IMG/VR virus record: IMGVR_UViG_2938983465_000007
Direction: 5' to 3' (one strand)
Length of the DNA stretch: 64,000 nt
Source: an uncultured virus (IMG/VR IMGVR_UViG_2938983465_000007)
Lineage: Duplodnaviria > Heunggongvirae > Uroviricota > Caudoviricetes
The notes beneath the pieces were generated by a model, which did no database searches, was not told the DNA's origin, and saw nothing but the letters and a program-made list of their open reading frames with translations. Of this stretch, positions 17,551 through 26,303 are shown piece after piece. The position numbers and the translations under genes were made by a program. Position 1 is the first letter of the stretch. The number at the start of each line of letters is the position of its first letter.

Positions 17551-20254
17551 CCTGCAGCTACGCGTGCTGCTCAGCGCGATCGACAGAGCCACCGCGCCCC
17601 TGCGTCGCATCATGCAAGGCAGCGACGCGACGGCCCGGGCGCTCAAGGCAACTCGCGAGCGTCTGAAGCAGCTCAACGCTCAGCAGAGCGACGTGCGCGC
17701 CTTCCGCACCCAGCGCGGCGCCCTGGAGCAGGTCAGCACCGCGCTGGCCACGCAACAGGCACGGGTGAAAGCGCTGGCCCAGCAGATGGCCGCCGCCGGC
17801 AACCCCACCCGCGCGCTCACCCGCGACTACAACCGGGCCATCCGTGAAGCCGGCTTCCTCAAGCAGCAACACCTGCAGCAGAGCCAAGCCTTGCAGCAAC
17901 TGCGCACGCGCCTCAGCAACGCCGGCATCAGCACCCGCAACCTCGGCCAGCATGAGCGCGACCTGCGCGCGCAGATCCAGGCGGCCAACGGCGCTATCAA
18001 CAGCCAGGCGCAGCGCTTGCGCAACCTCAGCCAGCAGCAGGAGCGCCTGACCCACGCCCGAAACACCTACAGCCGCGGCATCCAGAGCGCTGCCGCGCTG
18101 GCCGGCACCGGCATGGCGGCGCGCGCGACGGGCATGTACACCGGCGACAAGCTGCGGCAGATGCTCGGCGTGGGTTACGAGTTCGACGCAACGATGTCGG
18201 CCACCCAGGCGGTGACCCGCATCGAGCACAAGGACGATTCGCAGATGCAGGCGCTGCGGCAACAAGCCCGCACCCTGCCGCTGTCCAGCAAGTTCACCGA
18301 CAAGGAAGTCGCACAGGGCCAGTACTTCCTGGGCCGCACCGGCTACAACGCGAAGCAGATCCTCGGCGCCATGCCCGGCATGCTCAACCTGGCCGCCGCA
18401 GGCGACATGGATCTCGGCGACACTGCTGATATCGCCTCGAACATCCAGACGGCGATGGGAATTCCGGCCGAGAAGATGGACCAGGTAGCCGACGTCCTGA
18501 CCGCGGCGTTCACCCGAAACAACGTCGACATCCGCATGCTCGGTGAGTCGCTGAAATACTCCGCCGGCGTCGGCCGCGAGTACGGCCAGAGCCTGGAGAC
18601 GGTCACCACCGCCACGGCCCTGCTCGGCAACGCCGGCGTCCAGGGCAGCATGGCCGGCACCTCGATGCGTTCGGTCCTGACCCGCCTGGGCACGTCCAAG
18701 GCGGTGGCCAAGCTGGGCGTCCAGACCAAGGACGCCAACGGCAACATGCGCGACATGCTGGACATCCTGAAGGACATCAACAAGAAGACTGCCGGCATGG
18801 GCAACGTGCAGCGCGGCGCGATCTTCAAGGACATCGCCGGGCAATACGCGGTGACCAGCTTCGGCACCCTGATGCGCGCCGTCGAAGGCGGCCAGTTCCA
18901 GACCATGCGCGAAAGCTTGAACAACTCCGAGGGCGAGGCCGCGAGGGTCGCCGCGACCCAGCTGGACAATCTCAAGGGCGACATGACCATATTGCATGCT
19001 GCCCTGGAAAACATTTCGGTCGAGCTGTTCGACAAGAACAGCCCTTGGCTGCGCGAGCTCGCCGCAGACCTCAGCCACCTGCTGCACAACGTCGGCGAGT
19101 TCCTGAAGGCCAACCCGCAGGTCAGCAAGGGCATCGTCATCACCGTCGCCGCGTTCTCGGCGCTGATGGCCACCGTCGGCAGCCTGGCCATCACCCTCGC
19201 CGGCATCCTCGGCCCGATGATCGCGGTCCGCTTCATGCTCAGCACCATCGGCATTCGCCTGCCCGGGCTGATCGGCCTGCTGAAATTGCTGTTCGCACCG
19301 ATCCGCATGCTGGCCGGCCTGTTGATCGGCCCCCTGGTGACCGCCCTGCGCGTCGTGAGCATCGCGCTGTGGGGCTTGGCCGCCAACCCGGTGGTCCTGG
19401 CAATTGCCGCCGTCGTGGCGGTGCTGGCCGGCGCCGCGTACCTGATCTATCGCAACTGGGACGCCGTCAAGGCGTACCTGCTCGGGATGTGGGAAGAGAT
19501 CCAGGCGGGCCTGAACGGCGGGATCGGCGGCATCATCCGCATCCTCCTCGACTTCAACCCACTCGGCCTGATGTACCGCGCCTTCGCCGGCGTCCTGGGC
19601 TACCTGGGCATCGACCTGCCGGCGCGCTTCAGCGACTTTGGCAACATGATCGTCCAGGGCCTGGTGAACGGCCTGCTCGCCGGTATAGGGCAGATCAAGC
19701 GCGCCGTCCAGCACATCGGCGGCGCCGCGATCGACTGGTTCAAGGACAAGCTCGGCATCCATTCGCCGTCGCGGGTGTTCGCCGACCTGGGCGGGTTCAC
19801 CATGGCCGGCCTGGCCCAGGGCCTCGGCGCCGGTCAGACCGGCCCGCTGGGCGTAATTGCGCGTCTCGGCCAAGGCCTGGTCAGCGCGGGCCGTCAGGCT
19901 GTCGCCGGCCTCGACGGGGAGTTTGCCCGAGGCCCCCGCCCTGCGATCACGCCGCCGACGTTCGACCAGCCGCTGCTGGCCATGCTGGGCGCCCTGGGCA
20001 AGAGCGCCGGCGCCATCGGCGCCCTGGTGCTCGGCGCCAGCGCCCCAGCGCAGGCCATCACCATCGACAACCGTCCCCCGGTCAGCTCGGCGCCAGCGGC
20101 GATCAGCGTCGGCGGCGACACCTACTACATCACCATCCAGGCCGGCGCGGGCAGCGACACCGCAGACCTGAAACGCACGCTCAGCCAACTGCTGGACGAG
20201 CGCGAACGCAACAAGGCGGCGCGCCTACGCGCCCGCCTGCAGGACCGGGAGTAA
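17540..20254 (+). CDS. T: Tape measure protein (gpT)
   Basis: 904 aa, Ala-rich helical sequence, TP901-type core, LIYRNWD, LGIHSPSRVF. Confidence 0.93.
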   Translation: MANDLQLRVLLSAIDRATAPLRRIMQGSDATARALKATRERLKQLNAQQSDVRAFRTQRGALEQVSTALATQQARVKALAQQMAAAGNPTRALTRDYNRAIREAGFLKQQHLQQSQALQQLRTRLSNAGISTRNLGQHERDLRAQIQAANGAINSQAQRLRNLSQQQERLTHARNTYSRGIQSAAALAGTGMAARATGMYTGDKLRQMLGVGYEFDATMSATQAVTRIEHKDDSQMQALRQQARTLPLSSKFTDKEVAQGQYFLGRTGYNAKQILGAMPGMLNLAAAGDMDLGDTADIASNIQTAMGIPAEKMDQVADVLTAAFTRNNVDIRMLGESLKYSAGVGREYGQSLETVTTATALLGNAGVQGSMAGTSMRSVLTRLGTSKAVAKLGVQTKDANGNMRDMLDILKDINKKTAGMGNVQRGAIFKDIAGQYAVTSFGTLMRAVEGGQFQTMRESLNNSEGEAARVAATQLDNLKGDMTILHAALENISVELFDKNSPWLRELAADLSHLLHNVGEFLKANPQVSKGIVITVAAFSALMATVGSLAITLAGILGPMIAVRFMLSTIGIRLPGLIGLLKLLFAPIRMLAGLLIGPLVTALRVVSIALWGLAANPVVLAIAAVVAVLAGAAYLIYRNWDAVKAYLLGMWEEIQAGLNGGIGGIIRILLDFNPLGLMYRAFAGVLGYLGIDLPARFSDFGNMIVQGLVNGLLAGIGQIKRAVQHIGGAAIDWFKDKLGIHSPSRVFADLGGFTMAGLAQGLGAGQTGPLGVIARLGQGLVSAGRQAVAGLDGEFARGPRPAITPPTFDQPLLAMLGALGKSAGAIGALVLGASAPAQAITIDNRPPVSSAPAAISVGGDTYYITIQAGAGSDTADLKRTLSQLLDERERNKAARLRARLQDRE

Positions 20255-20259
20255 CCACT

Positions 20260-20700
20260 ATGATGCTGTCCCTCGGGATGTTCGTCTTCAGCCTGCACAC
20301 GCTGGCCTACCAAGAGTTCCAGCGGCAGACCGAGTGGCGACACGCCAGCAGCAGCCGCATCGGTGCACAGCCGGCGCGCCAGTTCGTCGGTCGCGGCGAC
20401 GACGCCATCACCCTGCCCGGCGTGCTGCTGCCGGAGCTGGCCGGCAGCGCGTTGAGCCTGGACGTGCTGCGGCAGATGGCTGACACCGGGTCGGCCTGGC
20501 CCATGGTCGAGGGCACCGGACGCATCTACGGCCTGTGGGTGATCGAACGCGTCACCGAGACGCGGACACTCTTCTTCGCCGACGGCACCCCGCGGCGGAT
20601 CGAGTTCTCCCTCGAGCTCAAGCGCATCGACGACGGCCGCACCGATCTGCTCGGCTCGGTCCTCGGTACCGCCGGCAACCTGCTGAGACGCATCCTGTGA
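20260..20700 (+). CDS. U: Tail protein gpU
   Basis: MMLSLGMFVF, ITLPGVLLPE, RRIEFSLELKR. Confidence 0.92.
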   Translation: MMLSLGMFVFSLHTLAYQEFQRQTEWRHASSSRIGAQPARQFVGRGDDAITLPGVLLPELAGSALSLDVLRQMADTGSAWPMVEGTGRIYGLWVIERVTETRTLFFADGTPRRIEFSLELKRIDDGRTDLLGSVLGTAGNLLRRIL

Positions 20701-21971
20701 TCGATGCCGCCCTCGCCCGCGTGACGGGCTACCTGACCAGCGCCGTCGACCAGTTGCAGCGCGACGCCGGCTATCCGGTGCCGGTGTTCCGGCTCACGGT
20801 CGACGGCAACGACATCGCCCAGCTCATCAGCCCACGACTGATCGCCCTGGACCTGACCGACAATCGCGGCCTCGAGGCCGATCAGTTGAGCGTGACACTC
20901 AGCGATCATGACGGGCTGCTCGCGATCCCCCCGCGCGGCGCCGTGCTGCACCTCTGGCTGGGCTGGAGTGACAGCGGACTGGTCGACAAGGGCACCTACA
21001 CCGTCGACGAAACCGAGCACAGCGGCGCGCCGGACGTGCTCAGCATCCGCGCCCGCTCAGCGGACCTGCGCAAGGGCCTGAAGGTCAAGCGCGAACGCAG
21101 TTGGAGCAGCCCGAAGACGCTGGGCGACGTGCTCACCGACATCGCCCTCGGCAACAACCTGAAGCCGGTGCTCGCGCCGGCGCTGGCGGGCCTGCCGATC
21201 CTGCAGCTGGACCAGGCCAACGAGTCCGACGCCAACCTGCTGACACGCCTGGGCGAGGACTTCGATGCGGTGGCCACCGTGAAAGCCGGCTGCCTGCTCT
21301 GCCTGCCGGCCGGTGGCGGCAAGACTGCCAGCGGCCTGGCGCTGCCGCACATCAACCTCACCCGCCAGGATGGCGACCAGCACCGCTACCTGCAGGCCGA
21401 CCGCGACAGCTACGACGGCGTGCGCGCGTACTTCTACGACGTGAACAGCGCGAAGAAGCAGGAGGCAATCGCCGGCGCCAAGGGTGACAACCTGAAGGAC
21501 CTGCGCCACACCTACAGCGACCGCCAGAGCGCCCTGCGCGCCGCCCGCGCCGAGTGGAACCGCCTACAGCGTGGCAGCGCCACGCTCAGCTACGCGCTCG
21601 CCAGGGGCCGGCCGGACCTGATCCCGGAACTGACCTACACCCTGCAAGGCGTGAAGACGGAGATCGATGCGATCATCTGGTACGGCGGCAATGTGCAGCA
21701 CAGCCTCAGCGCCGACGGCGGCTACATCACCAGCCTGGAGCTGGAAAGCAAGCTGCCCGAGGACCTGGTCAGCGACCTGGCCGACGACACCGGCGGCGAC
21801 TACACCGGCATCATCGCCTACTACCGCGACGAGAAGAGCGGGACGGAGAAGACCATCACCGCGGGAGACCAGAGCAAGCCGCGCCGCCTGCGCTACTTGT
21901 ACAGCACCAAGGGCAGCGCGAAGCGGGCTGTGGATCGGGAGTGGATGCGATTAAAAAAGACACAAGCCTAA
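20697..21971 (+). CDS. D: Late control / baseplate hub protein gpD
   Basis: LTDNRGLEADQL, DQANESDANLLTRL; GTG start overlapping the U stop. Confidence 0.9.
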   Translation: MIDAALARVTGYLTSAVDQLQRDAGYPVPVFRLTVDGNDIAQLISPRLIALDLTDNRGLEADQLSVTLSDHDGLLAIPPRGAVLHLWLGWSDSGLVDKGTYTVDETEHSGAPDVLSIRARSADLRKGLKVKRERSWSSPKTLGDVLTDIALGNNLKPVLAPALAGLPILQLDQANESDANLLTRLGEDFDAVATVKAGCLLCLPAGGGKTASGLALPHINLTRQDGDQHRYLQADRDSYDGVRAYFYDVNSAKKQEAIAGAKGDNLKDLRHTYSDRQSALRAARAEWNRLQRGSATLSYALARGRPDLIPELTYTLQGVKTEIDAIIWYGGNVQHSLSADGGYITSLELESKLPEDLVSDLADDTGGDYTGIIAYYRDEKSGTEKTITAGDQSKPRRLRYLYSTKGSAKRAVDREWMRLKKTQA

Positions 21972-21992
21972 AAAGGCGCCGTCCAACAAGTA

Positions 21993-22880
21993 TCAGTCAT
22001 TTGTTCTGTTGCGGGGAGTCTTTACATCATTACCTTTTACCCAAGACAACTGGGTTTCGGCTGAGGAGTTTGTTTGCCTAGCTTCACTATAAGACTTCGA
22101 AATATACTTAAAGGTCAGCTCAGACCTCATAGAGTCAACGGTAAAAAGTAACGGCACGCTACTCAGCGATGTTGCCGCCCTAAATTTTTTATCAGATTCT
22201 TCGAGATAGAAGTCAAAACCACATATTGAAAAAAAAGGCTGCCCCTCGATCAAAGTTGGAAAAACAACCCCGTACTTTTCAAACCAGAACGAGGGCACCA
22301 CTCTAACAATGTAACCTTGAAGAAAGCTCCCTCCCAAAAGAAACTTTCGCATCTCATCTACGAGAGAGGGCTTTAGAGAAATCGCATGACAGAAGGTCCA
22401 CCCTTCGAACGTTGCCTTCCAGAACATGCCAATCGCAAAGTGGTACAACTCTTGTGACTTTATAGCCGGCAGAAAGTTCGCCCCTACACTAAAAATTAGA
22501 CCTCTTCCGTATGAAGTACTCGAAAACAAATTCCAGGAAGGGATCAAGCTCTTATAAAGAATATTGTAAACTGGCGAAGGAAGCATCTTCTCTTTATCAA
22601 TTTTTAGCGCTGACGATATAAAGTAATCCTCACCTTTGGTTGACATAAGCTGTTCACATGAACTACATAAAAGACGCTTGAAAATCTGCCTGTCCATCGA
22701 GAAAACACTCTCACCCTGCTGCGGCCGCACTAATATTTTCGTGCCATCGAGTTTAGAGCTATTGAAATACTTATAGATCGCCTTTGGCAGTAAATGACTT
22801 TTGCACAAATACCTTATCTCTCCGTTATCAGGACCACATAGCTTACATCCCCCCATCACATCATCACATTCATTTGCCAT
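21993..22880 (-). CDS. AT-rich accessory protein with an HNH-like Zn-binding N-terminus
   Basis: CKLC...SHLLP...LLCSSCE pattern; composition clearly more AT-rich than the flanks. Confidence 0.7.
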   Translation of the reverse strand: MANECDDVMGGCKLCGPDNGEIRYLCKSHLLPKAIYKYFNSSKLDGTKILVRPQQGESVFSMDRQIFKRLLCSSCEQLMSTKGEDYFISSALKIDKEKMLPSPVYNILYKSLIPSWNLFSSTSYGRGLIFSVGANFLPAIKSQELYHFAIGMFWKATFEGWTFCHAISLKPSLVDEMRKFLLGGSFLQGYIVRVVPSFWFEKYGVVFPTLIEGQPFFSICGFDFYLEESDKKFRAATSLSSVPLLFTVDSMRSELTFKYISKSYSEARQTNSSAETQLSWVKGNDVKTPRNRTND

Positions 22881-22994
22881 ATACACTCCCACCCCAAAGT
22901 AATCAACGAACTAGCACTTATGCTCCTGCTGGACACGCCACACTCTTCCGCTCGTAACCGTTAAGTTCAGATAATGAGTCTTCCGCACTCCCAA

Positions 22995-23507
22995 TCAAGC
23001 CCCATCTATATTTCGGCCAAACTTTGATGCTTGAGTTACTTTTTCAGATAGATAAATATAGGTAGAAAAAGCACCTACAAGCCCTGAGATTCTATGTGCC
23101 CAGTCTGGTTCTTTATCTACCTCCACAGCCCTTAAAGAAAGCCTCAGCTTCTCAAGCTCCTCTTCTAGCTTTTCAGCGTCGGGTTCTAGGTGATGGGCAT
23201 AGATATTTCTCACAACATTCAAGCGTTTGACAGCCCCCCATATCCAACTATCATCCACATCTGGATTTGGGCAAACAGCAAGCGCCCGAGTTATTGATAT
23301 AAGCTGACTAAAGCTTAACTTTGCCCTTGCAAAATGATCCGGATTTGGCAGCAATGACATACAGAAGTCGCGCATCAGCTTCTCAACTATCAAGTGCCCC
23401 TTTAAAATAACCGTCAGATCATCAGGATTACCAGTAAAGTGTTTTTCCGCACCATCCATCGCTGTCCGGCTAAACTCCGAGAAGATATAATCTAAATAAT
23501 AGTCCAT
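22995..23507 (-). CDS. AT-rich accessory protein, putative HEPN (MtlR-like) domain
   Basis: ILKGHLIVE and RNIYAH (RxxxxH) motifs; GGAGG RBS. Confidence 0.7.
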   Translation of the reverse strand: MDYYLDYIFSEFSRTAMDGAEKHFTGNPDDLTVILKGHLIVEKLMRDFCMSLLPNPDHFARAKLSFSQLISITRALAVCPNPDVDDSWIWGAVKRLNVVRNIYAHHLEPDAEKLEEELEKLRLSLRAVEVDKEPDWAHRISGLVGAFSTYIYLSEKVTQASKFGRNIDGA

Positions 23508-23547
23508 TCAGACTTCCACCTCCCCCCAGAATAATTACTCACTCAAG

Positions 23548-23898
23548 CTAGGCTCCAGCCTTGCAAGCTAAACGCTTCTGCTCATAGTCTTTTTGGTGCC
23601 CCTTCAGTTCAGGCAATGGATCTTCCATATCAGCCTGTACCACCAGATCGGACAACACCCATCCCAAAGCCTCATAGGCCTTGAAGCAGGTTTCGTTGGC
23701 GCTGCTGCGGATACCAGGGCGGTACCGGTCCAGATCGCCAAAAACCTCAGTCACCTGGTCAACACTCGAGGCCTGCAACGCGTCCAGCATTCTCTGGTGC
23801 AGGTTGTCCATCAGTTCGACCTGGGCGGCCGAGTCAGCCACCGCAACACACGAGACCATCAGTCCGACCGCAGCGGCCGTTCCCTTGAGCCAGTTCAT
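23548..23898 (-). CDS. Exported/periplasmic hypothetical protein
   Basis: Signal-peptide-like N-terminus ending AVA-D; two Cys in the predicted mature part. Confidence 0.7.
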   Translation of the reverse strand: MNWLKGTAAAVGLMVSCVAVADSAAQVELMDNLHQRMLDALQASSVDQVTEVFGDLDRYRPGIRSSANETCFKAYEALGWVLSDLVVQADMEDPLPELKGHQKDYEQKRLACKAGA

Positions 23899-23917
23899 AC
23901 GTCCCTCTCTTCACAGT

Positions 23918-23945
23918 GGGGCCTTCGGCTACGACCGAAGGCCCA
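23918..23945. terminator. Hairpin / possible weak terminator within the cI operon
   Basis: GGGCCTTCGG-N6-CCGAAGGCCC inverted repeat without a clear U tract. Confidence 0.45.
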
Positions 23946-23950
23946 TTCAA

Positions 23951-24067
23951 TCAATGCCCCCTGAGAGCGCACGCCAACCGCAGCAGGTCCAGTTGATCCT
24001 GCTCGCTCATCTGGCTAAGGCAGATCAGCAGGGCGGTGAGCACGATGGGGTCGATGGGCCTATACAT
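23951..24067 (-). CDS. Small protein downstream of the repressor
   Basis: 38 aa from an ATG with AGGAG RBS (MYRPIDP...EQDQLDLLRLA). Confidence 0.55.
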   Translation of the reverse strand: MYRPIDPIVLTALLICLSQMSEQDQLDLLRLACALRGH

Positions 24068-24216
24068 TGGTCTACTCCTTTGACAGGCCACCCGGCGACA
24101 CGATGTCACCGTGATAGCAGCCCGGGAGTACCCCATTCTTCACATAGGCCCGCGTGCCAGAAGCAGAAATCCACGGTAGGTCGCCCGGGATTTTTTTTCC
24201 CTGCTGGCGAGGTGTC

Positions 24217-24558
24217 CTATTTGCTTGTACGACGCGACTCAGTTGACTCTGAGATACCTCGCCCCACCCGTAGGTACGCTATTCGGTCTTCTTCCTCCAT
24301 GGACTTCATGTACCTCAGCACATCAAGTTCCTCCTGACTGAGTGACTCAAGCTCTGCAGGCTGGCGACGCCCAGTTATAACGTAAAGCACATCAGCGCCA
24401 AGCAACGAGGCCCTCAGTAGATAGGCCGCGTCAGGGCTGCGTTCGCCTTTCTCATATGCCAGTTGGGTGTTTTTCGACACACCACACTGCTCGGCAAGTT
24501 CGGTTTGGCTCATCCCCAACCGCTGCCGCTCTTCCTTCAGGCGTTCGCCTATGGTCAT
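24217..24558 (-). CDS. cI: Prophage repressor (XRE HTH)
   Basis: IGERLKEERQRLGMSQTELA...YEKGERSP; divergent from the early operon. Confidence 0.9.
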   Translation of the reverse strand: MTIGERLKEERQRLGMSQTELAEQCGVSKNTQLAYEKGERSPDAAYLLRASLLGADVLYVITGRRQPAELESLSQEELDVLRYMKSMEEEDRIAYLRVGRGISESTESRRTSK

Positions 24559-24577
24559 AAAAGTTGGACCTCAAGCG

Positions 24578-24636
24578 TTGACATTACCTGTTTTCAGGGA
24601 CATCATCGCCTTGCATTCACACGAAATCACACGAAA
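24578..24636 (+). promoter_or_regulatory. Early promoter/operator of the genetic switch
   Basis: TTGACA-N17-CATCAT, CCTG-TTTT-CAGG palindrome in the spacer, tandem TCACACGAAA repeat. Confidence 0.65.
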
Positions 24637-24643
24637 CGAGACT

Positions 24644-24856
24644 ATGCACAACGCCTACCCCACCGAGCAAGCGTGCGAGAAAGCGCGCCAGCATCTGGCG
24701 AGCCAAGGGCTGTCGGCCAGGCAATGGGCGGTGAAGAACAACCTCACCCCCTCGACCGTGTACGCCGTCCTCAACCGGCAGAAGAAGTGCCTGCGCGGCG
24801 AAGCCCATCGCGCGGCTGTCCTTCTCGGCATCAAAGACGGCGTGATCGCACAGTAA
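24644..24856 (+). CDS. Cro/Cox-like DNA-binding protein
   Basis: GLSARQWA...VYAVL...RGEAHRAAVLLGIK; divergent from cI. Confidence 0.82.
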   Translation: MHNAYPTEQACEKARQHLASQGLSARQWAVKNNLTPSTVYAVLNRQKKCLRGEAHRAAVLLGIKDGVIAQ

Positions 24857-24885
24857 TGGCCACCGCACTGGGGGGACACCAGAAG

Positions 24886-25356
24886 ATGAAACGCCCGCTC
24901 CTAGAAACGCGGCGCCAGGTGGTCAGCGCGATCATCGGCGCCTACCCCGGCGGTCGCGAATGCGCCGCTGCCCGCCTGGGCCTCGACCTGAAGAAGTTTG
25001 ACAACCACGCCTACGAAAACGCCGGCAGCAAGCCGCTCAGCGACGACCAGTTGCTCTTGCTCGAGCAGGAAACCGGCACCAGCCACTTCCCCGAGTACGT
25101 CGCACACCTGTATGGCGGCATGTTCGTGCAGATGCCCGATCCAGCCCAGCTGGACAACCTCGACCTGTACGCCAGGGGCGTCGCCACCGCCATCAGGCGC
25201 GGCGAGGTCGACCGCATCATCGCCGAGGCGCTACGCGACGGAGAGATCGACGAGGCCGAACTCGCCGAAATCATCGTCGCCCACCGCCAACACCTGGCCG
25301 CACGACATGCCGAAGTCGGCGCAGTGATCACCCTGCACCGGAGGGTCAAGGCGTGA
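24886..25356 (+). CDS. CII/YmfL-like regulatory protein
   Basis: YPGGRECAAARLG, KFDN, DGEIDEAE. Confidence 0.7.
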   Translation: MKRPLLETRRQVVSAIIGAYPGGRECAAARLGLDLKKFDNHAYENAGSKPLSDDQLLLLEQETGTSHFPEYVAHLYGGMFVQMPDPAQLDNLDLYARGVATAIRRGEVDRIIAEALRDGEIDEAELAEIIVAHRQHLAARHAEVGAVITLHRRVKA

Positions 25357-25646
25357 GCGTCTACAAGCTCGTCTGCCCCTGCTGCCACAGCCGGATGCGG
25401 ATCCGCTCCTCCGAGGGCCAAACCCCGTGCTTCCGCTCGATGTACGCGCAATGCACAAACGCGCTCTGCGGCGCCACCTTCACCGGCTCCCTGAGCTGGG
25501 ACTACCAGCTCAGCCCCTCGGGCCTCGAGCGGCCACTGCTGGTACTCCCCATGGCGCCTTCGAAAACCCGTCAACTGGCACGCCGCGACCTCGCGGCCGC
25601 AACCAACCAACTGGACCTGCTGGATCATGTGGAGTGCATGCAATGA
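25353..25646 (+). CDS. ogr: Ogr/Delta-like late transcriptional activator
   Basis: CPCC...YAQCTNALCGATF...SPSG C4 zinc finger. Confidence 0.88.
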   Translation: MSVYKLVCPCCHSRMRIRSSEGQTPCFRSMYAQCTNALCGATFTGSLSWDYQLSPSGLERPLLVLPMAPSKTRQLARRDLAAATNQLDLLDHVECMQ

Positions 25647-25993
25647 ACGGCACCAACGACTACCGCAGCACCATGCAGCAAGCCGCCGCAGCGTACCTGC
25701 TGGCCAACGCCAACCAGTATCTGTCCTCCGGCTCCGACCGGTTGTTCGATGCCTGTGTCAACCATCTGGCCAAAGGCCTCGAGGTTCCCCAGTTCATGGC
25801 CGAACAACTCGCCCAGCGCGCGTGGGATGAAGTCTTCGCGGGGCCAGACCCTATCTGGCTGGGTATCGACTGGGGCCAGGGAGACGACGAGGTGGTCTAC
25901 CTGATCGACACCCGCAGTCACTGTCGCTTCCCGATCCCGGCCCGCTATCTGCCCGCGCACCTGCTCAAACAGCGCCCCCAGCACACCCAGTAA
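25643..25993 (+). CDS. Hypothetical phage protein
   Basis: ATGA-coupled ORF in the early operon. Confidence 0.7.
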   Translation: MNGTNDYRSTMQQAAAAYLLANANQYLSSGSDRLFDACVNHLAKGLEVPQFMAEQLAQRAWDEVFAGPDPIWLGIDWGQGDDEVVYLIDTRSHCRFPIPARYLPAHLLKQRPQHTQ

Positions 25994-26069
25994 TCCCTGA
26001 AACACGCCCTACCCACTCCACTGCCGTGGGTTTGGGGAAGTTACGCCCAGAATTCGAGGTATCACCGCC

Positions 26070-26303
26070 ATGAGCGGCCACATTTCAATCACCGTCGAAG
26101 TCGACCAGAACCAGGCTGAGAAGTACCTGCTCTGGCTGGTCAGCCAGTACGAAGCCGCCATGGCCGAGTGCTGGTACGACGATCGCTACCGCTATACGCC
26201 GCAGGGCCTGCGCGGCAAGCGCATCCTCGAGGATCGCCCACACATTGCCGGCATCTGCCGGACCATCCGCGAACTGCGCAAGCAGATTCGGGGGCGCGCA
26301 TGA
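26070..26303 (+). CDS. Hypothetical phage protein
   Basis: GAGG RBS; coupled to the replication gene. Confidence 0.7.
   Translation: MSGHISITVEVDQNQAEKYLLWLVSQYEAAMAECWYDDRYRYTPQGLRGKRILEDRPHIAGICRTIRELRKQIRGRA

Noticed and set aside
17558..20188. 876 aa antisense ORF and similar long shadow ORFs (28043-29131, 44494-46326, 46429-48309, 49908-52154)
   Set aside because: They lie opposite well-supported genes, as expected from GC-rich codon bias, and show no motifs
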